Part shown: one piece after another, positions 23,521 through 37,511 of the stretch
Numbering within the stretch: the first letter of the stretch is position 1
How the letters are laid out: each line of letters opens with the position of its first letter
Assembly: GCF_006345805.1 (NCBI RefSeq)
Contig: NC_043013.1
Span: forward strand, 24,180,001-24,244,000
DNA from: Octopus sinensis
Taxonomy: Eukaryota
Length of the DNA stretch: 64,000 nt
Reading direction: 5' to 3'
Notes under the pieces: generated by a model
Databases searched by the model: none
What the model was told of the DNA's origin: nothing
Seen by the model: only the letters and a program-made list of their open reading frames with translations
Program-made: the position numbers and the translations under genes

Positions 23521-24915
23521 CTTGTCAACACAGACTCTCCTGAACCCATCATTTCTATCATTTTCTTCTTTCTTTACTGCACTCTCCTAAGATAATTATC
23601 AAATATTGATTTTTCTGAATAAGCACAAAGCCAATTTATTTGGGAGAATGTTCAGCCCATTTAATTGATGCTTCATATTGATTTAATTTCATTAGCCTCA
23701 AAAAAGATGAGAAACAAATTGGAGATGTGGCTCACAACTGGGTGAGACAAATTTTAATCTGATTATTTTGCCAAGATACAAAGACACTTTCAGCTGTAGT
23801 CCGTTAAATCAGTTTAGTACTTATTTATCATGAGATAATAAGGAAGTGTTTAAATGGTTCTATGATCTGCAAGAAATAGCAGAACAATTTTCCTCAAATC
23901 ACACCTTTATGTCTTAAAAAGAAAAGAGACATTAAACAATGTAGTCCCAGATATATAATAGCCATTCTCAATCAGGTTTGACCTAAAGCCAAACAAGAAC
24001 AACAACAACATCGACAGGGTGAGAGTTAATTTCCAGTCAGAGTTGAAATTAGGATTAGTTTAATCTCTCTTAAACCTGCCACCCAATATCGATATCCTTA
24101 ATGTTTTTGTGAACATTAAATGTATGAAACAAGATCATCTTCATTACAGATGTAGCTTCAAACCAAAAGTGTGGATCACTGATTCCTTAAAAAAGAAAAC
24201 TCCAGTATTACATACATGGCACCGTGCAAAGTTTGAGCTAATGTGGTCACTCAATTTACTAGAAATAGCAACAAAATCTCCCTTAGGTAATACCCTACTG
24301 TTTTATCTAAGGACAAGACACATCAGATGATATTGTCCTATCTACCCATAAAAAATTGAAATGGTCATGGCTAGAATGCCTTATAGGTTTGTTTGATTTG
24401 GGAGTAACAAGGGTCAAGATCCCCTTTGGTCATGAATGACCATGGGATTGCACCTAGAAAGTCCAGGCAAAGTTGTTTATGGAAGACCAGAGCTTGCCCT
24501 TGTGTTGTGTTAAAAAACAGCTAATACATTTACTTTCTTTTCGAGGATTTAAAACAATAAAGCAAAGAAAAGCTCATCAATAATACTCAAAACTTTCAGT
24601 AGTGATCCATCCCCCCTCCTCACAGTATCTACTTACACGTGGCAGAGACTGTATCATTGAATATTAAGTTTCTATGCCTGACATACAACACATCACCATT
24701 AATGAAATTTGAACTGACATCCTCTCTGCTGATAGGCTAGTAAGCTATCAACTTTACACATAGCTTTGATGAATTGTAATGTTATGATCAGATTTATGGA
24801 TCGAAGTAAATTTCACAAACCATGTCTGACATATTGTTTAATGTTCTATTACATTCATATTGTTATAATTCAACACTCTAATATTGTGCATGTTTCTTGA
24901 ATTTATTGCTTTTAG

Positions 24916-25187
24916 GAGATCCTGATAAAAAGCCATGGTTGGCAACTTATGCCATCTGGAAAGGACTAGCACCTTGTTCTGGAATCTGGGTTCGGAGCAT
25001 CTGTGTTTTTGGAGTTGGTGATATCCCTCATCTGATACAGAAGAAACAACTGTTTGTGAACAAATTTTATTTCAATTTGCAGCCAGTTGCATTGAACTGT
25101 ATGGAGGAATGGTATTTTCACAGAGTACGATCACCACTTAAATTAGATCTGGAATATTATAGAAAACTGCCCTTTGTCAACTCTTGA
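24916..25187 (+). CDS. GCNT1: GCNT1-like coding exon 2 (terminal); spliced product 453 aa
   Basis: Acceptor ttttag|GA completes Gly in phase 1. DPDKKPWLATYAIW...CSGIWVRSICVFGVGDIP...LFVNKF...LNCMEEW matches the core-2 C-terminal pattern. TGA at 25185-25187. Confidence 0.92.
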
Positions 25188-27422
25188 AGACATCTAACTG
25201 CCATGGTGAGAGGTGTGTAAGTGTGCATGCATGCGTATGTGTGTGTGTGAGAGAGAGAGAAGGAGAGAGTGTGTTGAGAGAGGGAGTGTTGGAGAAAGTG
25301 AAGGAGGAGTATGAAAACTGATCAGAAGATAATGAAAGAGAAGACAAAAATGAATAAGTGAAATCAGTAAATGAGAAAATGAAGGTGACATTTAATCACT
25401 CTTGGCTGACCATCAATCAAGATGGCATCTAATTGCACTAAAACTTAACAATGCTCTTCCAGCACCAAATTTACTAAACATAAATGAACTTTAGTTTTTT
25501 GATTCATTGACATAGAATTCACTGGATTGAAATTTCATTGTAATCACATCATAGAAACCCGTTGTTTCTGTTCATGTCTGTTTTTAGGTAGATTTAATTT
25601 AAGATGCTAATTTAAAAATTAATATGGACTTGATGTTAATTAAAGACACTTTTCTAGTTATTGAACCTGTCATACTAAATTAAACAAGGGACTAGATTAT
25701 TGATATCTATTTTATTAATCTTAGAGAAAGTCCTAGAATAAACATTAAGGTAATCTTCCAATATTCTTTATCAAAAAGACAATGAAAAGCATTAGAACTG
25801 TTTAGACTTACACCCAGAGTATTTCTTTGTTATAAAAACCTCACTTTCAGAGTATAATCAATGCAAATTCTAAAAATAAATGATCAAAATTTCTTTTATA
25901 CATCACTTTCTCAATTAATTTCTAAGACAATCTATTAAGTTTTAATCAATATCACTAGTAAAATAATTCAGAAATTATTCCATTACTGAATGAAAATTAA
26001 TCCAGAGATAGGGAAAAAAACAAAAAACAACTGACAGATTCAGATGTGCTTACCTTTTTTAAACAGTCACCAAAAGCTAACTTTTTATGATGTAGCATTT
26101 AATTATTCTTTTCTTTTCATTTTTTTCTTCTCTTAGAAGATCAACAAGGTAATATTACATGCTGTATTACATATCTTTGTGTAGTGAGAACATAATACAT
26201 AGTTTTCAACTCTTTATTATTTTACAATTTGGTTATGGTTGCACGGGAACAACGAGAAATGAATATTTTCGTAATAATAAAATAAATAATAATATTTCTT
26301 TGTTGATATTTCTAGCTGATATGAACCATGACAGATTGAAGTGCAATCTTGCTTATCTTTTATGTTGTGGTATAGTTTCATAGTCCACAACAAATCTATA
26401 ATTATGAAACTATACTAGTGGACAATTTTCACCTTCCAAATTCATTTTAGATTTATTTCAAAACACAAATTAAATGAAGTATTTTGTTGGGGAAACAATT
26501 TTTTCATTACCTGAAGAATTCTAGCCAAGATTTGTTTGGCCAGCTTACCCTTATAATCATCACATTTGCATAAAAGTTTACTGCGTGAATAAACATTCCA
26601 TTCACTGGAAAAATCCATTCATTACTCAATGCCGAAGTAGTACTTCTGCAAAACCATTTATGAATTATTTCATTGTTTATTCAGCTCCTATAGTTTATAA
26701 CTTTCAGCAACAGTTTCCTTATACCCCCCACCCCCATCCCCACCATCGTTGCTGTTGGTTTTTAATTACAAAATTGCGATAAGATGTCCTTCCTATAACC
26801 CGTTGGCTTGATAATTACACTTAACTCGTATCTATTGGTGTTAATCTTCACCAATCAAAGAAACATCACTCATGCTAAAGTCGAAACTGTTAATGTTCTC
26901 TTTTCAAGAAACAACATAGAAATTAGTTTCCATTTTAAAACCATTTTGGCAACCACTCACCCGTCACATCAAAACCAGCAGTTGATGTTTGGCAATGCAT
27001 GTAGTAAACATGCTCAAATGAATTCTTCTGTGAAATCATTTCAATCTGAATAGGAAACAAACGATTTAGCTTTCAAATAAAATTCCAAACTGCTAAATAA
27101 CTTAGCAGTACTAAGACATTAAGTGTTACACAATTAAGGCAAATATATGCTTGAAACAAATTCTTAAACGAAATTTTCAAAGAAATAATACTAAGCTACT
27201 ATAACCATTGTGCTTCATATTGACAATGTTTAGATAGAGGATATCATGCATACAAACCTCATGGCCATGCTACCAGACCTATGGCTAGGGGACTGTATTG
27301 GTCTTTTTTTAAATCAGAAAATCTGGTGATTGCCAATGCAGCATTTATTAACACAATTCTTCACATTAGCTTTATGGATTGAAAAAAACCAAAAACACTA
27401 CTTTCACACAATTTTACACTTG

Positions 27423-27457
<35 letters not shown>

Positions 27458-28572
27458 TCGTAATGGCATGATTGTGCATAATTATCTCGAACAGTAAAAG
27501 GAAAATTATACAAAACACAATAAAATACAGTATTGGAGAATTCCCTCCAATAAAATCAATGACATCCTGTAACAGACCAAGTTTTTTCTTAATTCTTTAA
27601 TTTTATTCTGAATGAACCGAAGGATCATTCAGCTGCAAAATATTTGGTTAAAATACCAAAGGTAAAAGGAAAAGCAACTATTAATGAAATTCCATTTTTT
27701 GTTATGGCATTAGCTCTGGTTTTCTTTATAATTTCGATTTTTAATTATGACTAGTACATCCTTTTTTACTTACTCTATCCAATAAATGGTTTTTCAATTC
27801 AAATGTAGAATGCTTTTGACAATAATTTAACTGATCTGATCCTTAGTTAATTTATTTTGGTTGACCGCTAAACTCTAGGCTAATTTGGTCAGTTAAATAA
27901 TGTATAATTAGTTAATCACCAAGTCAAAAGGTGATACTGTTCAACATCTCTTAGAAGATTTTCAAGGTCATACGCTTATTCTAACACAAAAGTAAAACTC
28001 TAAAAAAAAAAAAAAACGTCACTTTTCTGATGAAATAAAATTTTATAAACCTATACTGCCAGACTAACCGATCCCTTCACAAATTCTATCTTCATAACAT
28101 TTAAGTCAAAATCATTACCATATCTGCCGGGTTGACCAGAACAACCAAGTTACTGTTTTTGTTGTTTTGTTTTTTTAACCAAATTCCAATCTGAATTGTG
28201 AATTACTTTACTACGTCCTCTACAATAATACAATGCTGATTTTCCTCCTCAGGGCTTTTCCATTTCTAATAATATTTACAACCTAACCCCTTAAATATCA
28301 AGAAATGGCTATACACTTCCTATTTCTCTTAGCTGGGATGGAACTTAACGCACTTTCAGGCTACATAGGAAGCCTCAGTTGTTTCTCCCATTTGTAATTA
28401 ACAATATCAAGGACTAATATGCAGATTAAAAATAAAAAAAAAAAATTGAAAAATATCCCTATACACATACCCATGCATCTACACCTACCTAAACATATAT
28501 ACTTTCATACATACAACCTTCATACATACATATATGCACACACACATTTATGCATATATACATGCATGTATT

Positions 28573-28603
<31 letters not shown>

Positions 28604-29674
28604 CAAGGTGCTTTCTAACTTGATAATTATTTCATACAAGGTATACTTTTATCTTTTGCTTATATTATTCCAACTTGTCTTTTGCTTACATTTGTGCCAA
28701 ATGTGGTCCAGCCAGGAGGATAGATTTTTCTTCTATTCTGAACACAGACAAAAAAAAATTTTTTTTAATGTAAATGACAATTAGATCACAGTTTATTGTG
28801 ATCAAGCTTACTTGCAATCGAACAGATTTGTAATTTGCTTTCTGTTCAGGTATTTTCACTTAGAAAATTACTATTTTAAATCTCACTTAGTTCTGTGAAT
28901 AGCATAGTGTATTTGAGTCTTCAATTTGTAGACTAAAAATAGGAAAATGTCTTCAGCTTTTCAGCTATAATACCAGATAATAAATAGTTTTCACCTTAAT
29001 TACAAAAATGAAATCCCTTGATAGGGCTCATATACTGCTGTTAAAGATTTGTTGAACATCTGAAAGGGTATTTACATTTAGATGTTGTATAGGGTCAGTT
29101 AGCTCTAAATGTTTCAAGAAAAATTACACCTGAGATGTCTCCTACATGTTCTCAACTTTAACCAATTCATTAGAACCAGTGAGTCCATTCTAAAATTTGA
29201 AATTTTGGTGTAAAGTTGTATAGGCAAGATAAAGTTTAGAGCTAGGGCAAGAGTTTTCCTTTTAAAGATAAATACTTTGATAACATAAGATAACTGGATA
29301 CTAAGCCAAATATGCTCTGATTCCAAATTTAAAATTGTTCACTGGGCAGAATAAGAAAATAGGAACAAAATTCGGTTTCTATTCTCAGTATCCTATACTG
29401 CCAATTGTTGAGATTGTACTAAAATTTTAGCTGCAAGCTATCGTATTTTTTTTTTTATTGTTGTAAGGTAAATAGCACGCATTATAGCAATGAAGTTAGA
29501 GATAAACTGACAAACTCATCTTCTGTTAATATATAAAATCCACAAGACCTTAACAATAACTGTACAATTATCTTTTTCTTATCCTTTCTTTATGAATGGA
29601 AGTTTATTGATATGTAAATATAAAAATTTATTTGTATAAAAATGTATGTGGAGAGAGAAATTATTGTGTTATGA

Positions 29675-29739
<65 letters not shown>

Positions 29740-29976
29740 CCCAGTTGTTGATGTTGAAATTCCTATGAAAGAGCCTTGGATCTAGGTTAGAAACCAGCTC
29801 TTTCTCTATTGGCAAGAAATCTTGAAATAAAACTGAATAAAGAGATACATACATGCATACATGTATGATTATATAGTACATATACACACATTCACACAAA
29901 CATATATATTCTAGTATATATGTGTATATGTATATTTATATGTGTGTGTATGTATGTATGTGTGTATGTATGTATG

Positions 29977-30007
<31 letters not shown>

Positions 30008-30060
30008 GTATGTACGTATGTACGTATGTATGTATGTATGTATGTATGTATGTATGTATG

Positions 30061-30109
<49 letters not shown>

Positions 30110-30125
30110 TATATATATACATATT

Positions 30126-30815
30126 TAATGAAAAATAATATTGCAATACAAATGTATTACTTTCCAGTAAAATAAATCCCCATAAGGGTAGAAGTATACA
30201 TATAAAAACAGGTGATTGGTACAACGAGGCACCAATATTTACTGGAAAATAGCAATTGATACAAATACGACACTATTGTAAAACTTCACTGCGTATATAC
30301 TAGCAAAGACGTGTGTGTGCAACAAACATGAAAAATTTCTCTTACCACTAGGAAGAACATTCGATAAATGGACTACCCAGAATCGGACAATGCAGGACTG
30401 GTTTCTGACTCTTCAAATACGTTTGACAACGTAAATTTGATCAGTCTTCATCAGCTGCATTTACCCAGACAATATTTCAAATGTTGCCACATCAATGCCA
30501 GTATACTCGCCTGGACGCCTAGCCGTTAACAGAACAAGAACAGTGAAAAAGTTTTCAATGAAAAATAATATTGCAATACAAATGTATTACTTTCCAGTAA
30601 AAGAAAGTCCCATAAGGGTAGAAGTATACATATAAAAGTAGATGAGTGGTACAACAAGGCATCAATATTTACTGGAAAATAGCAATTAATACAAATACGA
30701 CATATACTATATATACGCAGTGAAACTTTACAATAACATCGTATTTGTACCAATTGCTATTTTCCAGTAAATATTGGTGCCTTGTTGTACCACTCATCTG
30801 TTTTTATATATAAAT
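30126..30815. mobile_element. Penelope-like remnant with direct and inverted pseudo-LTR segments
   Basis: ~145-bp direct repeat (30126-~30272 vs 30557-~30703) and an inverted copy (~30710-30812); hammerhead motif in between; abuts (TA)n. Confidence 0.7.
30389..30461 (-). ncRNA. Type-I hammerhead motif (stem III one change from palindrome)
   Basis: aatgcag-CTGATGA-a-gact...agtc-a-GAAA-ccag-TC-ctgcatt: 7-bp stem I, extended stem II (tcaaa/tttga, tacgt/acgta), GUC site. Confidence 0.65.
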
Positions 30816-32099
30816 GCGTGTTTGTGTATGTATGTGTATATAAGAAGTATATGTCTAATTGACATACTTGTGATCATATGTGTATACATGATAAAAGAAA
30901 TTATTTATACTTTGAAAGTAAAACGAGTGAAAGTGTTCAAATAATCACCTGTAAGTCATGAGTTCTTTGACGTGAAATCCAGCAATTTATCATCATGTTG
31001 CATATGATTTCAGGGTGATGCAAAAGTTGAATACAAGAATATGGTAACATAAATCTAAAATTAATTCATTACAAACTGTATAAAGTATTAATGTGGATTT
31101 CTCTTAGCTTGATAGACAAGAATTTTGCTATATTATTTCATAATCTTGATCTGTGTTAAGTAAAATATATCTTTAACATTAACTAGAATCATTTTTAAAG
31201 TAAATCAGTAAAAAAAAGGCCTGAGAATTGCATATGAACATATATTATTAATTACTTTTATAAATCTGAGACCTTGTGCCTATGTGAGAAATGAGTTGTC
31301 ATGCATTGAATGTGTTTCAGTGTTGTTTATGTGATGCTTATTCTTTTTATAATTTTGGTGTTTTTGTTGAATTTTGTCCCGCTTGTAGTCATTAAATGGT
31401 TGGGACAGACTAACTTCAACTGACAACACCAGACTTAGATCTCTTTTATCTATTCTTCTTGATAGGAATGTCTATGTGATAAATTTCAAATCTTCATTAT
31501 TTTATCATTAAATCCTTGAACCATAACATACTCTCCGGACGAATTCTAACTTGGATGAAACTTCAGACAAACCCAAATGAATCCAGATGTACAAAACATC
31601 TTTAGAAAAACAATATATTACAAAGGAGTCTTTATGAGATGTCCTTACTGCCTCCTTCAGTTTGCATTAACAAACAATGAGATATTATTAGAGAGTAGCA
31701 TTTTGTCTAGTTGTTATGCGCTTGCTGCTGCCATCTCAAAAAATCATCTTACCATTCATCTCATAGGATGGACAGCAAATTTAATAAATATCGTTTTTAC
31801 TTTTGAGAATTCTCTAATATTAAACACACTATTATTTATTAAGAAAAAAATATTTTGAGCAGTTTTTAAAGTTATGTTCAGACTATGAAGGAGAGTTACA
31901 GTCACTTTGTATTACTGCAAAACTTTAATCCAATTGGTATCGAATATTTGCAGCATAATAACAAACTAGGGAAAGCAAGAAGACATTGAAATTGTCTTTT
32001 TCCAAATAGATAATGTCATACTGTTATACATTGTATCTTTTAGCATTTTCTCTATAGCTGTGTGAGCATATGCATGACCATGTCTATAAAATCCTGAAC

Positions 32100-32560
32100 A
32101 ACCTACCAAAAGGTCATTGGTTCATGTACTTCAACTAACATGACATCGTGACTGTAGCCAAAGTACTTTACTCTTTTGGGTCAACTCCATGTAATTTTAA
32201 TTAGGTACACTACATGCAAGAGAATTTATTGTTGTAAGAGGTGGGAGCAATGCATACTTGATGTATATATACTACATTTGTTTCAGCAGGAAAAACATCC
32301 TGTCCAGTGTTAGCTAATCCTACACTACTTGAATAATAAATTGATTTTTCTTAGTTTTTGAAGAGGCAGTAATCAGTAGCAAATTTTTTTCCACTTCATG
32401 TGATGACAGTCAGATACCCACACTGCTGCTAATTGAGTTACACTTTAGATTGATGCCTGGAAAATAATGCTGTTTCTCTTTGCAGGCATCAGTCTTCAAG
32501 TCAAATTCAGTCAAAAACAACTTCAGCAAACTTGATTTTCCTGTTTGCCATTTCCATAAT
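32100..32560 (-). mobile_element. Possible very degenerate piggyBac transposase remnant
   Basis: Mosaic of frames resembles IHYYNSTKGGVDTLDRM (IYYSSSVGL.../TLDRM). Weak. Confidence 0.3.
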
Positions 32561-32652
32561 TGTATTATTTTCATTACTGTTGCTGCTGCTGTCAGATTCT
32601 CATTGCTACTGTTGATGCTGCAGAGTGCTATTGCTACTGCCTCTGCCATGTG

Positions 32653-32722
<70 letters not shown>

Positions 32723-32724
<2 letters not shown>

Positions 32725-33330
32725 GCCCTGATGCAGTACCAGGCAGTGGCTCTCATGGCTTCTGATCTTAACATGCCCTGATGCAGTACCAGGCAGTGGC
32801 TCTCATGGCTTCTGATCTTAACTGATTGGAAGTGTTATCATGTACATTGTTTTGTCTTGGTATAAAAGATGGGCTACAGCAAATATTCTGCTCAATACCA
32901 CAGATTTGCTTGTCAGTTGTTTGACCTTAACCAGTTGAGCATGTCCCTTAGTGGCTGACGATATGTGCATCTCTGATCATGAGCAGAAGTAGTGGGGGAG
33001 CATCATAGCCATGTGTTGAGAGGGATTCTTTGGGGTTTGAATAATTCACCTCTGGAAACATGGGTGGTTCTTTCAACATCCTTAAACAACCCTTATTCAG
33101 GGACCTTTTGAGTGGGATGGGCTACTCAACCTGAAGAAAATTCTAACTGGGCCCCACCTGCAAGGTCATGTGCTGTTTATCTTGATATGAGATCACCATG
33201 TCGCGCACATATGGTTGTGATGCATGTGCCTGGTGTACCTTTATCAGACGGGTAGTCATGATGGGTATATTGGGCTTCGTATATTTTACCCCAGTGTCAC
33301 TTTGATGGCATGCACTGCTCTCTCACTCAA
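32723..33330. mobile_element. ~610-bp interspersed repeat (family D) flanked by (TAA)n, with a 50-bp terminal tandem duplication
   Basis: Near-identical second copy at 33888-34362; 32723-32772 equals 32773-32822. Confidence 0.8.
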
Positions 33331-33836
33331 TAATAATAATAATAATGATAGGAAATCAGAGTAGAGCTGTTGCAAAATGTTTGCCTCCTTAGCATGGCCA
33401 GAATCATCAGGAAAGTATTAGGTAGTTAAAAGAAAAAAAAAAAAAAAAAAACCTAACTAATAGCATTGTACTTCAACTAACACGACATTGTGACTGTAGC
33501 CAAAGTACTTTACTCTTTTGGGTCAACTCCATGTAATTTTAATTAGGTACACTACATGCAAGAGAATTCATTGTTGTAAGAGGTGGGAGCAATGCATACT
33601 TGATGTATATATACTACATTTGTTCCAGCAAGTAAAACATCCTGTCCAGCGTTAGCTAAACCCACACTACTTGAATAATAAATTGATTTTTCTTAGCTTT
33701 TAAAGAGGCAGTAATCGGTAGCAAATTTTTTTCCACTTCATGTGATGACAGTCAGATACCCACAGTAGCATTGTACTGTAGGTTGCAAACCCACCACTCA
33801 TGCAAGACTCCAGGAGATCCAACAAAACCTAAGTTA

Positions 33837-33870
<34 letters not shown>

Positions 33871-33887
33871 AATAATAATAATAATAA

Positions 33888-34362
33888 TTGGTATAAAAGA
33901 TGGGCTACAGCAAATATTCTGCTCAATACCACAGATTTGCTTGTCAGTTGTTTGACCTTAACCAGTTGAGCATGTCCCTTAGTGGCTGACGATATGTGCA
34001 TCTCTGATCAAGAGCAGAAGTAGTGGGGGAGCATCATAGCCATGTGTTGAGAGGGATTCTTTGGGGTTTGAATAATTCACCTCTGGAAACATGGGTGGTT
34101 CTTTCAACATCCTTAAACAACCCTTATTCAGGGACCGTTTGAGCGGGATGGGCTACTCAACCTGAAGAAAATTCTAACTGGGCCCCCACCTGCAAGGTCA
34201 TGTGCTGTTTATCTTGATATGAGATCACCATGTCGCGCACATATGGTTGTGATGCATGTGCCTGGTGTACCTTTATCAGACGGGTAGTCATGATGGGTAT
34301 ATTGGGCTTCGTATATTTTACCCCAGTGTCACTTTGATGGCATGCTCTGCTCGCTCACTCAA
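33888..34362. mobile_element. Family D repeat, truncated copy between (CAA)n(TAA)n and (TAA)n
   Basis: Only a few substitutions relative to the 32723 copy. Confidence 0.8.
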
Positions 34363-34364
34363 TG

Positions 34365-34397
<33 letters not shown>

Positions 34398-34732
34398 GTA
34401 ATAGTTGTAGTAGTAGTAGTTGTTGTGGTAGTATAGTAATAGTAGTGGTAGTCGTAGTTGAAGTAGTAAAGATTAGGTTATTTCATGTATTTTGTTGAAT
34501 GTTTTAGTTCTGTTTAGTCTGTTTTTCTTTGTGTGCTTGTATTTACTAATGTGATCCTGAGTGTTAACTTGCATCTTGTCGAAAATGGTGACTTAGTCTT
34601 TCAACAGACATCAATGAAATAAGGACCTGACTAAAATAAGTCCTGGGAGTCAATCACATTGACAAAAATCTTTGAAAATGTGCTCCAGCATGGTCACAGT
34701 CCAATGACTGAAGCCAATAAAAAAGTATGTAC

Positions 34733-34768
<36 letters not shown>

Positions 34769-34839
34769 ATGTATGCGTGTGTATGTATGTATGTATGTAT
34801 GTATGTATGTATGTATGTATATATGTATATATGTGTGCA

Positions 34840-34908
<69 letters not shown>

Positions 34909-35133
34909 GCATGTTTAGCAATTGAACCCACATCCTTATATTCACTGCAAAAAACTACTCAAGGATACAATTATGATTTGCCAAAAAAGTAGTTCCTACT
35001 ATAAATGGCAAACTCTGAAATAGTTCAAAGCCTATTGTGCTTGGACTAGGTATAATATACTTGCTACATATTTATATGTGTGTGTGTGTACACAAATACA
35101 TACATATGTACATACATACACACACACACATAT

Positions 35134-35227
<94 letters not shown>

Positions 35228-35248
35228 TATATGTATATAAAAATACAA

Positions 35249-35287
<39 letters not shown>

Positions 35288-36675
35288 CACACACACACAA
35301 ACATATATATATACACACACACCTATATACATATACATGTTCATACACACACATATATTATATCTGAGACATTCCAGTCATTACTTCTCTTGCCCAATGT
35401 CTTCAGATAGTGACGCAGTCTGTGATGAATACAAAACAAAATAATAATGACAATGATGATGATGAAGATCATAATGATAATAGTAATAATAATAATAACA
35501 ACAACAATAACAACGACAATCCTAGAACCCATCCCACAGCACCAAAATCTCACATGAGACCATCTATCCCATACCCCACCTCCCAGGAATATTTTACTCT
35601 GCATCTGCCCCCTCATTTAACATAACCCAGACTCTATAAAATCACATAGAAAGCAGAATCACCACCCAACAGCAAAACAACTCAGGTTGTATGGCTCCAA
35701 CATATGAAACCCTAGAAGTAAACCTCCAAAAGCAAAAAAACCAACTTGTGACAAGGTAAAACAAATCTAGCCAGGAAACACAATGCTGTCAATACACCTC
35801 AAGAATATGGAAGTGCACCTGAAAGTGCCGACACCTAATTCTATTGAAAATATCATGATCATCATAAAAACAATAATAATTTATTTGATTTTTTATAAAT
35901 AAATGATTCGTGGGGAGGGGTCTTATGATAGGCTTGAAGTTTAGTATGAAACTTGCCAGTTTTCTAACTCTTCAGATCAAATCTATGTGGCCCCCACCCC
36001 ACCACATAGCAAATATAACACTGCTGAAATAATTCACTCCAATATTCATCAATTTGTATCTTTATTCAGGTCAGTATTTTTGTCATTTGTCATTAGAACA
36101 TTTGCCATTTCAGAATGTTAATGTTTTCATTAATCAATCAATGTATTATAAAACAGGTATTTGTAAGAAAAAAAAAAAATCAAAAAAATAACAAAAGAAA
36201 ACAAAACATGTTCCTTTCTTCCCAACAGAATTATTTATCCAAAGCAGGTGAATGAAATATTCTATAAAACAATAAAATAAAAAAATTAACACTCCCTGCT
36301 GTAAATAAATCTATTTCAGAGAAATTACAAACTATGAACAATTGACTTTCCAATTTTCTTCTCAATTTTCTTCTTGGTTTTCATAGGAAAACAAAATCTA
36401 TCACAATATATGTTGAAGCCAAGTTTTATATTATGTAGAATGATTTTGTAATTATATTCAGAGAGATAAAATGTATTATATCAGTCAGAATGATTGAGTC
36501 ACGCACACACACACGCACACACGCGCACATGCGCACACACACACACACACATACACACACGCACACACGCGCACATGCGCACACACACACACACACACAC
36601 GCACACAAATGCACACACAAACACACACACACACATTACATGTGCACACAACACACATACATATAACACATATAA

Positions 36676-37483
36676 ATGAGTTGCTGTCAGAAAGAACTAC
36701 AAAATCTCTAAAAATAGTATATCAGTATCCCTGTTAATATATTTCTTGTAGAACTTACAATCAACCACTATCTCCTTTGAAACAGTTTTCTTGGGAACAT
36801 CAAAAAGCACCGTGGAAGTCCTCTTCCTGAAAGCCATCCAATACCCCTGGCAGTTTGATTTGAATTTCATCTGGTATCTTGAAGTGGCCTTCAGCTTTGA
36901 TTCCATTTCGGAAAGAAAAACCCTGCCAAGTTATAAGGGAATAGGTGAGTACAGCAGACAAGCTTTATATGGTGAATGTTTGGGCTGTCTGTTAGAATCT
37001 CTTGACAGACTCGAGAAGTAATTCCAGTTATGTGAGAGAGTTGAGGAATTATCTTATGATGGTCCTCATTGATGAGTTCACAATCCTTTTTCACATTTTC
37101 TGGTACTTTGCCAGGGACTGGTCACCTTCAATGCTCATCATTTTGAACTGTGACTTGGCTGGCTTTGAACCCAACAGCCTGACCCCAACCAAAAAACATT
37201 TGCTAAAAGCCAGACAAAGCACTAGCAGATTTGCTGAGCTTCATGAAAAGTTTGATTTAGGCACGTAGTTCCATTTTATGAGTCAATGTAGAGATTGCAG
37301 AACCGTTCTAACTCTACATTGCAAAACGTCACATACAAATGGAAGAGAAACAGAGAGGATAAAGCCTATTTACAGACTGACAACTCAGTTGGCCAACTAC
37401 TTGTGTTCGTCAGCTGTGAATGCACTTCTATTGACCTGTACAACCACAGAACATGTAGTCCAGAAACTTCTGATGACATCTAG
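36676..37483 (-). mobile_element. Internally deleted, degenerate mariner
   Basis: MELRA*IKLFMKLSKSAS (compare MEQRANIKFCVKLGKSA), VPENVKKDCELINEDHH...VCQEILT, then directly HLFPYNLAGFFFPK...EGHFKIPDEIQ...EEDFHGAF. The catalytic middle is missing. Confidence 0.65.
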
Positions 37484-37511
37484 TGATGTATATATATATA
37501 TATATATGGAA

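Noticed and set aside
28836-28856. Recursive splice site motif (ttctgttcag|gtattt)
   Set aside because: No evidence that the region lies in a long intron; the motif is expected by chance in AT-rich DNA.
31014-31043. Possible 30-nt + strand exon (cag|...ATG|gtaaca)
   Set aside because: It has a stop in the phase needed to chain with the other candidates, and there is no homology evidence.
32723-32830. HDV-like ribozyme at the family D end
   Set aside because: I could not identify P1/P2 pseudoknot pairings by eye.
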